Shown here piece by piece: positions 48,863 to 57,220 of a DNA stretch of 64,000 bases (positions are counted from its first letter, which is position 1; each line of letters opens with the position of its first letter). The notes under the pieces were generated by a model, which saw only the letters and a program-made list of their open reading frames with translations, had not been told where the DNA came from and made no database searches. The position numbers and the translations under genes are program-made. The stretch spans positions 49,039 through 113,038 of the IMG/VR virus record IMGVR_UViG_3300015608_002132; one strand, written 5' to 3'. The stretch comes from a virus. Lineage: Duplodnaviria > Caudoviricetes.

Positions 48863-49732
48863 ATGGCTACACCTCATATAAACACAGACGGTTTCGAGAA
48901 ACTGATCAGAGAGTCTGTTTCTGCCGTTATTGGTCATAGGCAACCAAAGGCAAGCGATGCTAGCGGCGGCGCCAACAAAGGCGCTGCATCGACGGCGCTA
49001 TCCGCGGTGAAGAAGATCATCAACGAAGCCGTGGTGCTGATGCCAAAAGCGTTCACGTTCCGGTCCGAGGCCCAATCACCGACCACCAAAGAAAACCACG
49101 AAAACCTGTACAACAGGTACGTTGAGAGCTTCAACAAGATCAGCGCGAAGCTAGACACCGTGTCCAGGGATGAGGCTGATAATCCAAACAACTCCGAGTT
49201 CAGGCGTTTGAAGATTGACGAAAATCACAACATGAACGGCGTGAAGTTTCATGAGTTGTATTTCGCGAACTCCGGAGATACCAACTCGCAGATCCGCGCT
49301 GACAGTATTCCGTTCATGCGTCTCAACCGGGACTGGGGGACGTTTGACGCTTGGCAGCTGGATTTTCGTGCCTGTGCGATGAGCGCCACGGAAGGCTGGG
49401 CGGTTTGCTATTTTGACCCATTCAAACAGCGATACTTCAACTGCTTCGTCGAGAAGCACGACATGTACCTGCCGCTGCTTGGTATCCCCGTGGTTGTGTT
49501 GGACACATGGCATCACGCATGGTTCTATGATTTCCCGGAAGAAAAGATCAGTTACGTCAACCGGTCAATGGTTGAGTTAAACTGGTCCGTAATCGAAATG
49601 CGTATGCTTGCCGCAGAAATGGCCAAGCTGCATCAGATCTACTCCATCCAGCCAGTGCCGCAAGCAACGGACAACAACGGCGACCGGTCAAGCATGGTCC
49701 AGTCGTTGCCACCAGTAACCGCGGTGATGTGA
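48863..49732 (+). CDS. Fe/Mn superoxide dismutase-like protein with an N-terminal extension
   Basis: H..LY..YV..FN, NGVKFHELYF.N, WGTFDAW..DF, GWA and PVVVLDTWHHAW. Confidence 0.8.
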   Translation: MATPHINTDGFEKLIRESVSAVIGHRQPKASDASGGANKGAASTALSAVKKIINEAVVLMPKAFTFRSEAQSPTTKENHENLYNRYVESFNKISAKLDTVSRDEADNPNNSEFRRLKIDENHNMNGVKFHELYFANSGDTNSQIRADSIPFMRLNRDWGTFDAWQLDFRACAMSATEGWAVCYFDPFKQRYFNCFVEKHDMYLPLLGIPVVVLDTWHHAWFYDFPEEKISYVNRSMVELNWSVIEMRMLAAEMAKLHQIYSIQPVPQATDNNGDRSSMVQSLPPVTAVM

Positions 49733-50538
49733 TGAGACAAGGAATTGTGCCAATGCGAGCAGAACGATCGCCAAAGCTGACAGTCGTTGGACGACGCAGA
49801 GGGGTGGTTCCGGCAACGCGAAACGACTTTGTTCGGCTGCTGACAGAACAAGAAGGCGAGAGTGGCGAGTATACACCGCCACAACAGCGTACGCTTTCCA
49901 TACCAGATGCCGCTGGATCTGTCACCGAGCAAGACGCGTCCGTCGATCAGAAGATAGACGGGTATCTTTTGCAGTTTGAGCGCGAAGCTGTGAATGTCAA
50001 TGATCATGAGGCGGCAATCGAAGATGGCGCGTCCCCGGTCGTTGCTGAAGGGAAAAGCCTGTACCGTTGGCTGTTTGAGCAGGCGGCCGAACCGCCTGCT
50101 GGTGATGCTGGCGGACCGGAAGGCGCGGACCTAGCAGGTGATAGCGGTGACATGGGACTTGGTGACCTAGGTGGTGATCTGAGCGCCGATGGTGGTGGAG
50201 ATGATAGTGATGGTGCGCCTAAGGCAGCACAGGTCGCCCCAGTTCCAAAGATCAACATCCGTCGGTTCGCAGAGGGCGTAGCCAGACTGGTGATCAACTA
50301 CAGAGCTTTGATTGATCCAAGGTCAGTCATAATCAACCGCGCAATGTATTACATCTCCAGGAACTATTCGCCAAAGCTGGCAAAAGAGCTGGTTTCCATA
50401 TTGGAGCGTGACTTCAAGCTGTCCGCAAAGACAATCTCTCAAAAGGAGGCTGAGGTTCCTTCGGCGCCAACGGCGGCAAACGCTGGGCCAGAGAGCGGCG
50501 GTGTTCCTTCGGGTGGCGCGTCTTCTGTCCCGGTATAA
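49729..50538 (+). CDS. hypothetical protein (acidic/Gly-rich)
   Basis: Overlaps the stop of the SOD-like gene. Confidence 0.7.
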   Translation: MMRQGIVPMRAERSPKLTVVGRRRGVVPATRNDFVRLLTEQEGESGEYTPPQQRTLSIPDAAGSVTEQDASVDQKIDGYLLQFEREAVNVNDHEAAIEDGASPVVAEGKSLYRWLFEQAAEPPAGDAGGPEGADLAGDSGDMGLGDLGGDLSADGGGDDSDGAPKAAQVAPVPKINIRRFAEGVARLVINYRALIDPRSVIINRAMYYISRNYSPKLAKELVSILERDFKLSAKTISQKEAEVPSAPTAANAGPESGGVPSGGASSVPV

Positions 50539-50567
50539 TCAAAGGTTAGAGTCAAAGGCGGGTCAAC

Positions 50568-50867
50568 ATGTACAGGGAATCTATAGAGCGCACCGGTCTG
50601 ATGCTGTACTTCAGGCTGCCAAGAGCTGCATTTATCTCATGTAAGAAAACCTTGTTTGAGCATGCGATAAGCATGCAAGAGTTGTTCTCTCAGATACTTG
50701 ACCTGCTCGACAAGCGCGACCCTAGGGTTATGTCGATCCTTGAGCACGCGAAGTCGAACCCGATCGCCAACAATCGCAAGCCGCTTGTGTTTACCAACCC
50801 GAATGCGATATACTCAGCCCTTAAGCGGCTCAGTCCACTGAAGAATAAAGCGGATGACACCAACTGA
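50568..50867 (+). CDS. hypothetical protein, possibly a ribbon-helix-helix DNA-binding protein
   Basis: LYFRLPRAAF..CKK......SMQELF suggests a strand-helix-helix pattern. Confidence 0.45.
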   Translation: MYRESIERTGLMLYFRLPRAAFISCKKTLFEHAISMQELFSQILDLLDKRDPRVMSILEHAKSNPIANNRKPLVFTNPNAIYSALKRLSPLKNKADDTN

Positions 50868-50913
50868 GCGGCGGATGACACAACAGTCGGATACAAAGGA
50901 GAGCTAGCTGCAC

Positions 50914-51372
50914 ATGTCAGAAGACGATATCGCGGTCACGGCCAAAAACAAGTCACGTCGATCGGGCAACGCCAATAAACAGCGCTCAGCGCTGTTTGTA
51001 GCGAAGGGCAAGTTTGACGCGGCCGAGCTTGCCAACGTTCTGGCACAGTTTGAGAATAAACTTCTGCTTGACAGAATAAAAAACCTCGACCAGAAAGTTA
51101 ACGCGCTATCACGTGACATAGCAGTTTTGACGCGATGCTTTATGGAACAGATGCATGCTGTGGCATGTCTCAGCCTGTCAATTGATGAGCTCGTCAACAC
51201 ATTGTCATCTGCCACATCCGATATGGCACACGCCGAGGATAGCAACGATGAGGTCTCGTTGTCGTTTGACGACAGCAACACACAGTCAGACAATGAAGGC
51301 AATACCACGAATGAAGGACCGGCAACACCGGCCATCAATGTGTTTGTCAACATCCCGAAAGATTGGAACTGA
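50914..51372 (+). CDS. hypothetical protein (coiled coil with acidic tail)
   Basis: GGAG upstream. Confidence 0.6.
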   Translation: MSEDDIAVTAKNKSRRSGNANKQRSALFVAKGKFDAAELANVLAQFENKLLLDRIKNLDQKVNALSRDIAVLTRCFMEQMHAVACLSLSIDELVNTLSSATSDMAHAEDSNDEVSLSFDDSNTQSDNEGNTTNEGPATPAINVFVNIPKDWN

Positions 51373-51380
51373 GGCAATTC

Positions 51381-51839
51381 ATGTCGGCCAACACCAGCGG
51401 AAGCATGTGGTTTGTGCGCGCAAAAGCGTGGGCGCTTAAGGCTTATGAGATATGCAAGAACTATGCGGCATTGGCGCTGATGTTTGTCCTTCTTGCGTTT
51501 GCAATCTTGGCTGCGAAGAACAAGCAAAAGACAATCGAGCTGCTAGCCACTGAAAGACAAAGGCTCGCGGAGACCCATAGGCAGCAGCTGGAAAGCATTC
51601 AAGCCACGGTCGATCGCGAGCAGGCACGCCGAAGGCAAATCGAGCAGCAGTATAATGATCTGATGGCCAAAATTGAGCGCGAACACGACGAAGGCGTACG
51701 AAGGATTGCGGCCCAACATCGTTCGGAGTTGCGCGCCGCAATTACCAGAAACCAAGACGACCCGGACAAGATGGCCGTTGCTATAAACGGTATATTCGGA
51801 CTACCGGTCGTAGAGATCAAACCTGTGAGCGCGCCATGA
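51381..51839 (+). CDS. membrane-anchored coiled-coil protein (i-spanin-like)
   Basis: N-terminal TM segment YAALALMFVLLAFAILA followed by a long coiled coil. Confidence 0.55.
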   Translation: MSANTSGSMWFVRAKAWALKAYEICKNYAALALMFVLLAFAILAAKNKQKTIELLATERQRLAETHRQQLESIQATVDREQARRRQIEQQYNDLMAKIEREHDEGVRRIAAQHRSELRAAITRNQDDPDKMAVAINGIFGLPVVEIKPVSAP

Positions 51840-52465
51840 CACTACCACGAAAACAACGTGGCTGTCTGCTACTCGGCGTTGCTTTGGCTACTGCAATGAG
51901 TTGTGCTACGACCACAAGCACAGCCCCAAGAGCAGAGTCGACTACACCATCGGCAGCCGAGGAGGCCAGCAGCATTGATGTTCGACGGTACGAAACTCCT
52001 CCTATGCCTGACATTACCGGCCCAGTAGAAATCAATGTACGTAATGTGTTGGCTGATGCTGGTGTCGGTACAGACGCAGCGGTTGTTGTACTGCGGCAAG
52101 GCAATCGATATGAGTTGCCTTTCAACGCAGTATGCCTAAATGGACCTGCGGAAGCTGCGATGGAGACGGCGTTTACCGAACAGGCTCGTACTTGCAGAAA
52201 CGATATGCGTAGGGCCGTAGCCGAAGTCAATGCGCAAGCTCTTAGAGATATTGGGCTTTTGCAGTCCGACGCCCGCACCACCAGGGAGTTGCTGACAGCC
52301 AGGGTTGCGGAGCGAACCTCAGCATTGCAGTCGGCCGAGCGAGTTATTGCATCATTGCAATCAAGCGCCAGAGGATCGGTTTGGGTTAACGTTGCATTGG
52401 CAACGGCTGGAATTGTTCTCGGTGCTGGCCTTAGTGCACTGTACTTACTGTTGACAACGAGGTAA
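51836..52465 (+). CDS. putative lipoprotein with a C-terminal TM segment (spanin-like)
   Basis: Signal peptide ending AMS-C, coiled coil, and C-terminal VALATAGIVLGAGLSALYLLL. Confidence 0.55.
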   Translation: MTLPRKQRGCLLLGVALATAMSCATTTSTAPRAESTTPSAAEEASSIDVRRYETPPMPDITGPVEINVRNVLADAGVGTDAAVVVLRQGNRYELPFNAVCLNGPAEAAMETAFTEQARTCRNDMRRAVAEVNAQALRDIGLLQSDARTTRELLTARVAERTSALQSAERVIASLQSSARGSVWVNVALATAGIVLGAGLSALYLLLTTR

Positions 52466-52470
52466 CAGTA

Positions 52471-52716
52471 ATGAGGTTGATGCTAAAGAACAGTACTGGC
52501 AAAGTCAGTGTATCGTACACCATGATGGTGTATACATTTGCCGTCAGTCTATTGTGGTACGCCGTTTCGATTATCAACGTCCCACATATCAGGCCATTTG
52601 ACGCGGCTACTGCAACCGGGTTTCTATCGCCTCTCCTGGCGCTGTACTTCTCAAGGAAGTGGTCTGATGGGAAAACGGCAGCCGGTGCGGTGAGCACCAC
52701 TCCGACGGATCAATAA
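52471..52716 (+). CDS. small 2-TM membrane protein (holin-like)
   Basis: Two hydrophobic helices in 81 aa, with a Met-Arg-Leu-Met start. Confidence 0.5.
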   Translation: MRLMLKNSTGKVSVSYTMMVYTFAVSLLWYAVSIINVPHIRPFDAATATGFLSPLLALYFSRKWSDGKTAAGAVSTTPTDQ

Positions 52717-53441
52717 GACTGAAACCGCAGCGGCTCATCATGCAGCATCATGCACAAGTCCGGATGAGAGAACACGCTTTCTATCTTTGTCTTCTGACCA
52801 TCCAGCTCAACATCCGCACTAACACATCTGATTCCATGTGAATAATCGACATACTGGACCGAGTGACTTTTTGGGTTGAAGCCCTGAACAGGCTTACCGT
52901 CGCTGCCAAACCATCCATATATCGCCACATTTCCACGATATTCTCTTGTTAGCGCGTTTGACAAGACAACGTCTTTCTTGTGTCCGGATACGAAGTCGCC
53001 TGGTTTGGCGCCCGCTGCACCATATGCGGTTTGCAACCTGTGTGAGTGATCGATAAAGCAGCGCATTGAGTCGCGATTGAACTTCTGTGGCTTGCGATCA
53101 TAAAGCCCGTTCCATGTGATCACCGGCAACCTTGTCGTAGCTGCCGCGTGGATCTGATCAACCATGGTCTTAGTTGGCAGGCAAAATCCGCGCGATGCCA
53201 TCCACTCCTTACATGCCAGTGGTGTCATTGGCATATGCAGCCAGTCGTCGTCTGCACCAAGACAAAGATAATCCGGCGACACCTTGTACGTTAGCACATG
53301 TTCGCCACGCCTTACCGTAACGGTGTGCATCCGTTCCAGGAACAATGGCGTCTTGCCGTTCATCAAGTATCCGGCTATCAGGTCATTCCTAGACCTCCCA
53401 CCGGTGTTGCTCAACGCGTCGATGATTTTAGCCAAGCACAT
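52710..53441 (-). CDS. hypothetical enzyme-like protein
   Basis: Catalytic-looking motifs PDYL, MPMTP, LPT..MVD.I, GHKKDVV, IYGW and YVDYSHG. Confidence 0.7.
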   Translation of the reverse strand: MCLAKIIDALSNTGGRSRNDLIAGYLMNGKTPLFLERMHTVTVRRGEHVLTYKVSPDYLCLGADDDWLHMPMTPLACKEWMASRGFCLPTKTMVDQIHAAATTRLPVITWNGLYDRKPQKFNRDSMRCFIDHSHRLQTAYGAAGAKPGDFVSGHKKDVVLSNALTREYRGNVAIYGWFGSDGKPVQGFNPKSHSVQYVDYSHGIRCVSADVELDGQKTKIESVFSHPDLCMMLHDEPLRFQSY

Positions 53442-53513
53442 ACTTCCATATTCTCCCTGGTTTGTCGTAGTTATTGTGGACCATTAGGTGGTCAGAAAGC
53501 CAAGTCCATCATC

Positions 53514-53963
53514 ATGTCAATTCGTACCATTATCAACTCGGTCTTTGGACTGTATGCCGTTCCAAGCGGCAGCGGCGTGCAGATCGTCAATGACGTTAAC
53601 AACGAAGGCTTCGGGCCATTCAAGGTCAACAAGGTCGGTGCTCTGACGTCAGCTACTACACTCGTCCCAGGCGACGCCGGTGTTAACACGATCTCCGGGT
53701 CTGGCGCTCTTACCATGGTAATGCCTCTCGCTGCTTCATGTGCGGGCGCTTCGTTCATCTTCCGTTCGCTGTCAGCACACGGGCATGCCGTCACTGCTTC
53801 TCAAGAGACTGCCGGGACTACGCCGTTTATTGCTCAGAACGGCGCGGTTGGTTCTAAGGCCACTATGGCTGCGTCCGTCGGGGCATCGATGATGCTCGTT
53901 TCAGACGGCAAGAACTTTATCATCTGCGGCCCATCCGCATCTGTTGCCGTCAGCGGTACCTGA
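53514..53963 (+). CDS. putative structural protein (Ser/Gly/Ala-rich)
   Basis: TAGTTA at 53468; beta-rich composition. Confidence 0.6.
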   Translation: MSIRTIINSVFGLYAVPSGSGVQIVNDVNNEGFGPFKVNKVGALTSATTLVPGDAGVNTISGSGALTMVMPLAASCAGASFIFRSLSAHGHAVTASQETAGTTPFIAQNGAVGSKATMAASVGASMMLVSDGKNFIICGPSASVAVSGT

Positions 53964-54027
53964 TACAACCTAAACCTAAACAGTCGTTCGTCGATGCCTC
54001 CATAGTTGTATGTGGAGGTATTCGTAC

Positions 54028-54831
54028 ATGTCTCTTATTATCAATGAATCAAAAGTCACTGTCCCAGGTGTTGCTACAACATCGTGGCACGATAGCAATC
54101 AGCTTAAGCAGGTAACAGACAAGAACGCCCGATCAGCATGGATTCGAGGCATTGTTTGCCATTCCGTGCATGGGAAACTAGGCCGACTGTTGCCTGGAAC
54201 GGGGCAGGCAGGGCTTGCTAAGCGTTATGCGAACTATCAGACCAACACAGACCGCTATGTCTCCTGGGACTACACGTGCGATCTCGACGGATCGTGGCTT
54301 GTTCAGAATGACCCGCTAAAGTATTACACGTGGCATGCGACGGCTGTAAATCCAATCACCGTTGGATTCGAGTTGGCTCAGCTTGATAACGGTGACATGT
54401 ACGATGAACAGATAAAGAAGGCTGTACTGTTTGTCGACGCGCTTACGGCACTGCTTGGAGTACAGAGACAAATCCCATGGGACTTCAAGAACGACAAGCC
54501 GTGGCTTGGGCAGGTCAACAGGATAGCTGGCAGTCAGGCCGGTAGGGACGTTGTTGGTATCTACGCGCACGTCAATCAGACAAACAACCGCGGTCCAGGC
54601 GACCCCGGCCCATGGTTGTTTTACGCCCTCCGCGATGCTGGGTATAAGTTGTTTGACTATGACAAAGGCGAGGACAAACTGTTCTGGGAAGAACAACAGC
54701 GAAAACTTGGGTTTGTAGATTGCGATGGCGTTGCCGGACCACGAACCGTAAGCGCCTTAAAGGCAAGTGGGTATGCACATGGTATGATTGTGCATAGACC
54801 CATCGACGATCAACTAGTTGTTGGCGGGTAG
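54028..54831 (+). CDS. N-acetylmuramoyl-L-alanine amidase (endolysin) with a peptidoglycan-binding domain
   Basis: IVCH, TWHA, VGFE, YAH and GDPG, plus a C-terminal DGVAGPRT..AL. Confidence 0.85.
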   Translation: MSLIINESKVTVPGVATTSWHDSNQLKQVTDKNARSAWIRGIVCHSVHGKLGRLLPGTGQAGLAKRYANYQTNTDRYVSWDYTCDLDGSWLVQNDPLKYYTWHATAVNPITVGFELAQLDNGDMYDEQIKKAVLFVDALTALLGVQRQIPWDFKNDKPWLGQVNRIAGSQAGRDVVGIYAHVNQTNNRGPGDPGPWLFYALRDAGYKLFDYDKGEDKLFWEEQQRKLGFVDCDGVAGPRTVSALKASGYAHGMIVHRPIDDQLVVGG

Positions 54832-55087
54832 AACTGACGGAGATGTTATGATATGGGTATCCATTGAAAAGGTGTATGTTAAACGCAAGGACGGCTATTA
54901 CCAGGAGATCATCAATCACTTGGTTCATATCCGGGATGCTGCCGGTAACGTGCAGACCAAGCTAGACAGATCGGTCGTCGGTGACGTGTATACGGAGAAC
55001 ACCACTCATAACAGTTTTGGTGGTGTTGTGGTGATTCAAGACGAAAACGGAAACGATAAGAGGCTGGTCGCCACTAGGCTAGGGTGA
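54818..55087 (+). CDS. hypothetical protein
   Basis: Short ORF after the amidase. Confidence 0.5.
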   Translation: MLAGRTDGDVMIWVSIEKVYVKRKDGYYQEIINHLVHIRDAAGNVQTKLDRSVVGDVYTENTTHNSFGGVVVIQDENGNDKRLVATRLG

Positions 55088-55090
55088 CTG

Positions 55091-55432
55091 TCAGCCGTTA
55101 CCAATCAACAGCTTTTTTGCACCGTTCATGGTTCCTTCGGTCACGATGACCTTGGTTTGCTGAGTGTTAACCACAGTGCTAGCCTCTCCCACCGCTTTGG
55201 CTACTCCAATCATTGCTTCTCTGTTTTCCAGCTCAAGCGCCAGAAGATAGATCAGGTATAGTTTTTGGCGTTGACTCACACCAAACTCGTTGATCGTTTT
55301 CACGATCCCGCGGCATTCATTGCGTTTGTCTTTTGACAGCTGTGTCTCGATATAGTTTGGCTTGACATACGACTCGCCCTCAACAGGCTCGTCTGTTAGC
55401 ATGCCATTATCGCTGCTATTGGTGTCACTCAT
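55091..55432 (-). CDS. hypothetical protein
   Basis: Part of a minus-strand cluster; GGAG upstream. Confidence 0.65.
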   Translation of the reverse strand: MSDTNSSDNGMLTDEPVEGESYVKPNYIETQLSKDKRNECRGIVKTINEFGVSQRQKLYLIYLLALELENREAMIGVAKAVGEASTVVNTQQTKVIVTEGTMNGAKKLLIGNG

Positions 55433-55446
55433 TTTCCATTACTCCA

Positions 55447-55905
55447 TCACAAGTCCCTTGAAGACATAGTCGTTAGCTTCCACAGTGTCTTTCCATACAA
55501 CACCAAAGCCTTGACGTGCACATCATCACCATCGGTTTCTTTTTCTAGTATGATTGCCTGACCCCACTGGTCATTGTCATACAGGAACCGCACCTCTTGC
55601 CACGTTACGAGGTCTGGATTGTATGGCATCAATGCTTCAACCAGCCTGTTCGGCAGCTGGCTCTTGACTTCGTCGACCGTTTCAAGCAGCGCTGTCGATT
55701 CCTTCTTTAGCTTTTGCGAAACGCCTACCTCGGTGATGCTGTGCAGGCCGCGACAGTTGTTGCAGCTTGCCACGGACGGCTTCACAACACCATCGTCGTC
55801 TATTACGGAAAACACCACAAACTTGTGAAACACCGGTGGATATCGATCCAGGAACTGAGGCAGGATGCAGTTACATTCGATCAGGTGCTTAGCGTACGTA
55901 GGCAT
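55447..55905 (-). CDS. putative Zn-binding protein
   Basis: CNC and CNNC...H. Confidence 0.65.
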   Translation of the reverse strand: MPTYAKHLIECNCILPQFLDRYPPVFHKFVVFSVIDDDGVVKPSVASCNNCRGLHSITEVGVSQKLKKESTALLETVDEVKSQLPNRLVEALMPYNPDLVTWQEVRFLYDNDQWGQAIILEKETDGDDVHVKALVLYGKTLWKLTTMSSRDL

Positions 55906-55983
55906 ATGAGATACTCGCTATTGCTAGTAAAGCTGCGAACAGCATCGCGGCTGTTTTGACGCCTTTGCCCGTAACGGTTGTTG

Positions 55984-56331
55984 TCAGGCGACCGTAACCG
56001 CTACGGCTTTTGGGCGACGAGCTGTCTGCGCCATACTGGATCCTGGATCGCCACCGACCCGGACCTGCTCTGTAGGGTTTTCCTCACCTACATACGCATC
56101 GAGCTCTGACTTGATGTTGGCGTGAAATGCGTCAATGTTGTTCATCTCAATCTCTGAGATGATCACTTGCATGGTCTTTAGGAGTTGATCGAGCACGTGC
56201 GGCTCTACCGGGAGCTGCTGTTTACGTGCGATCAGCTGCAACCGGTCATACGTCTTCTCTGAGATTGAGTTGACGAGGCGGTGGACTTCCATTTCGATCT
56301 TTGTGTCAAGTTTTACGCGATTGTTGCTCAT
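55984..56331 (-). CDS. hypothetical protein
   Basis: AGGA upstream. Confidence 0.6.
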   Translation of the reverse strand: MSNNRVKLDTKIEMEVHRLVNSISEKTYDRLQLIARKQQLPVEPHVLDQLLKTMQVIISEIEMNNIDAFHANIKSELDAYVGEENPTEQVRVGGDPGSSMAQTARRPKAVAVTVA

Positions 56332-56587
56332 GGTTTCCTGGTTGGTGATACGTGTCGATCTTCGATCATCTCGTCATCACTTCGCAACTTACATTATGCC
56401 ATTACGCTGACTTTGTGTTTGGTGCTGCGCTCAGCCATGGCCGATATTAAATCATCACCAAGCCACCAGGAGTCGATTCTAGGCGCTGAAATGGTTTGGA
56501 CGATGATTCCCGCCACAGCGCATTTGGCGCCACGCAATGGCTTGTTTTATTCGACTGTGGCCATGAATAGTTAGACACACAACAGCC

Positions 56588-57217
56588 ATGTCAACACCGA
56601 GACAGACAGTCGCCACCAAGCACAACAACCACAAGTCGTCACTCATCAGAGCGACGCAGGCTTTGATGGAGCATGGCATATATCCGATCGAAGCACTCAC
56701 GATTGACAACAGGCTCGCAGTGAGGATTGCGTCCGATCTGGTCAAGCTGGAAGAGGCATTGGCGCCTTATGCAGACACATGTAATACGCTAACAACGTTT
56801 GCACGGCTGAACAGCGATCGGCTGATCAATGAAAGTATTGCTAGCAAAGAAGTCAATGCCAACAAGATCAACCTCTCAATGATCAACTGTGTGATCTTGT
56901 CGGAGGGTATTGGTAAGTTCATATACCCTGCCGTAAGCAAGATTGTTGCGGCTTCCAAGAACGCGGCCTCAGAAACTATCGAATGCCGCTATGGGGCCGA
57001 CGGAGTAAAGCTGTTGGAGTTTTGTCTGTGGCAAAGCCCAGCGATCAAGCTGCTTAACGAGTCCGAAGACATGAAGGTCGTGTTCAGGTCGATCGCTGAG
57101 GAGTTGAGCCGCCTGCCCATCAGCAAGTTGCAATCGTTGGCAGAGTCTGTGCCGGATATCGACCTGTTTGTGAGTTCGGAACTTCACCGCAGGCTTGCTA
57201 ATTCACTGCGCGCATAA
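56588..57217 (+). CDS. hypothetical protein
   Basis: TAGTTA at 56568. Confidence 0.65.
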   Translation: MSTPRQTVATKHNNHKSSLIRATQALMEHGIYPIEALTIDNRLAVRIASDLVKLEEALAPYADTCNTLTTFARLNSDRLINESIASKEVNANKINLSMINCVILSEGIGKFIYPAVSKIVAASKNAASETIECRYGADGVKLLEFCLWQSPAIKLLNESEDMKVVFRSIAEELSRLPISKLQSLAESVPDIDLFVSSELHRRLANSLRA

Positions 57218-57220
57218 CAG

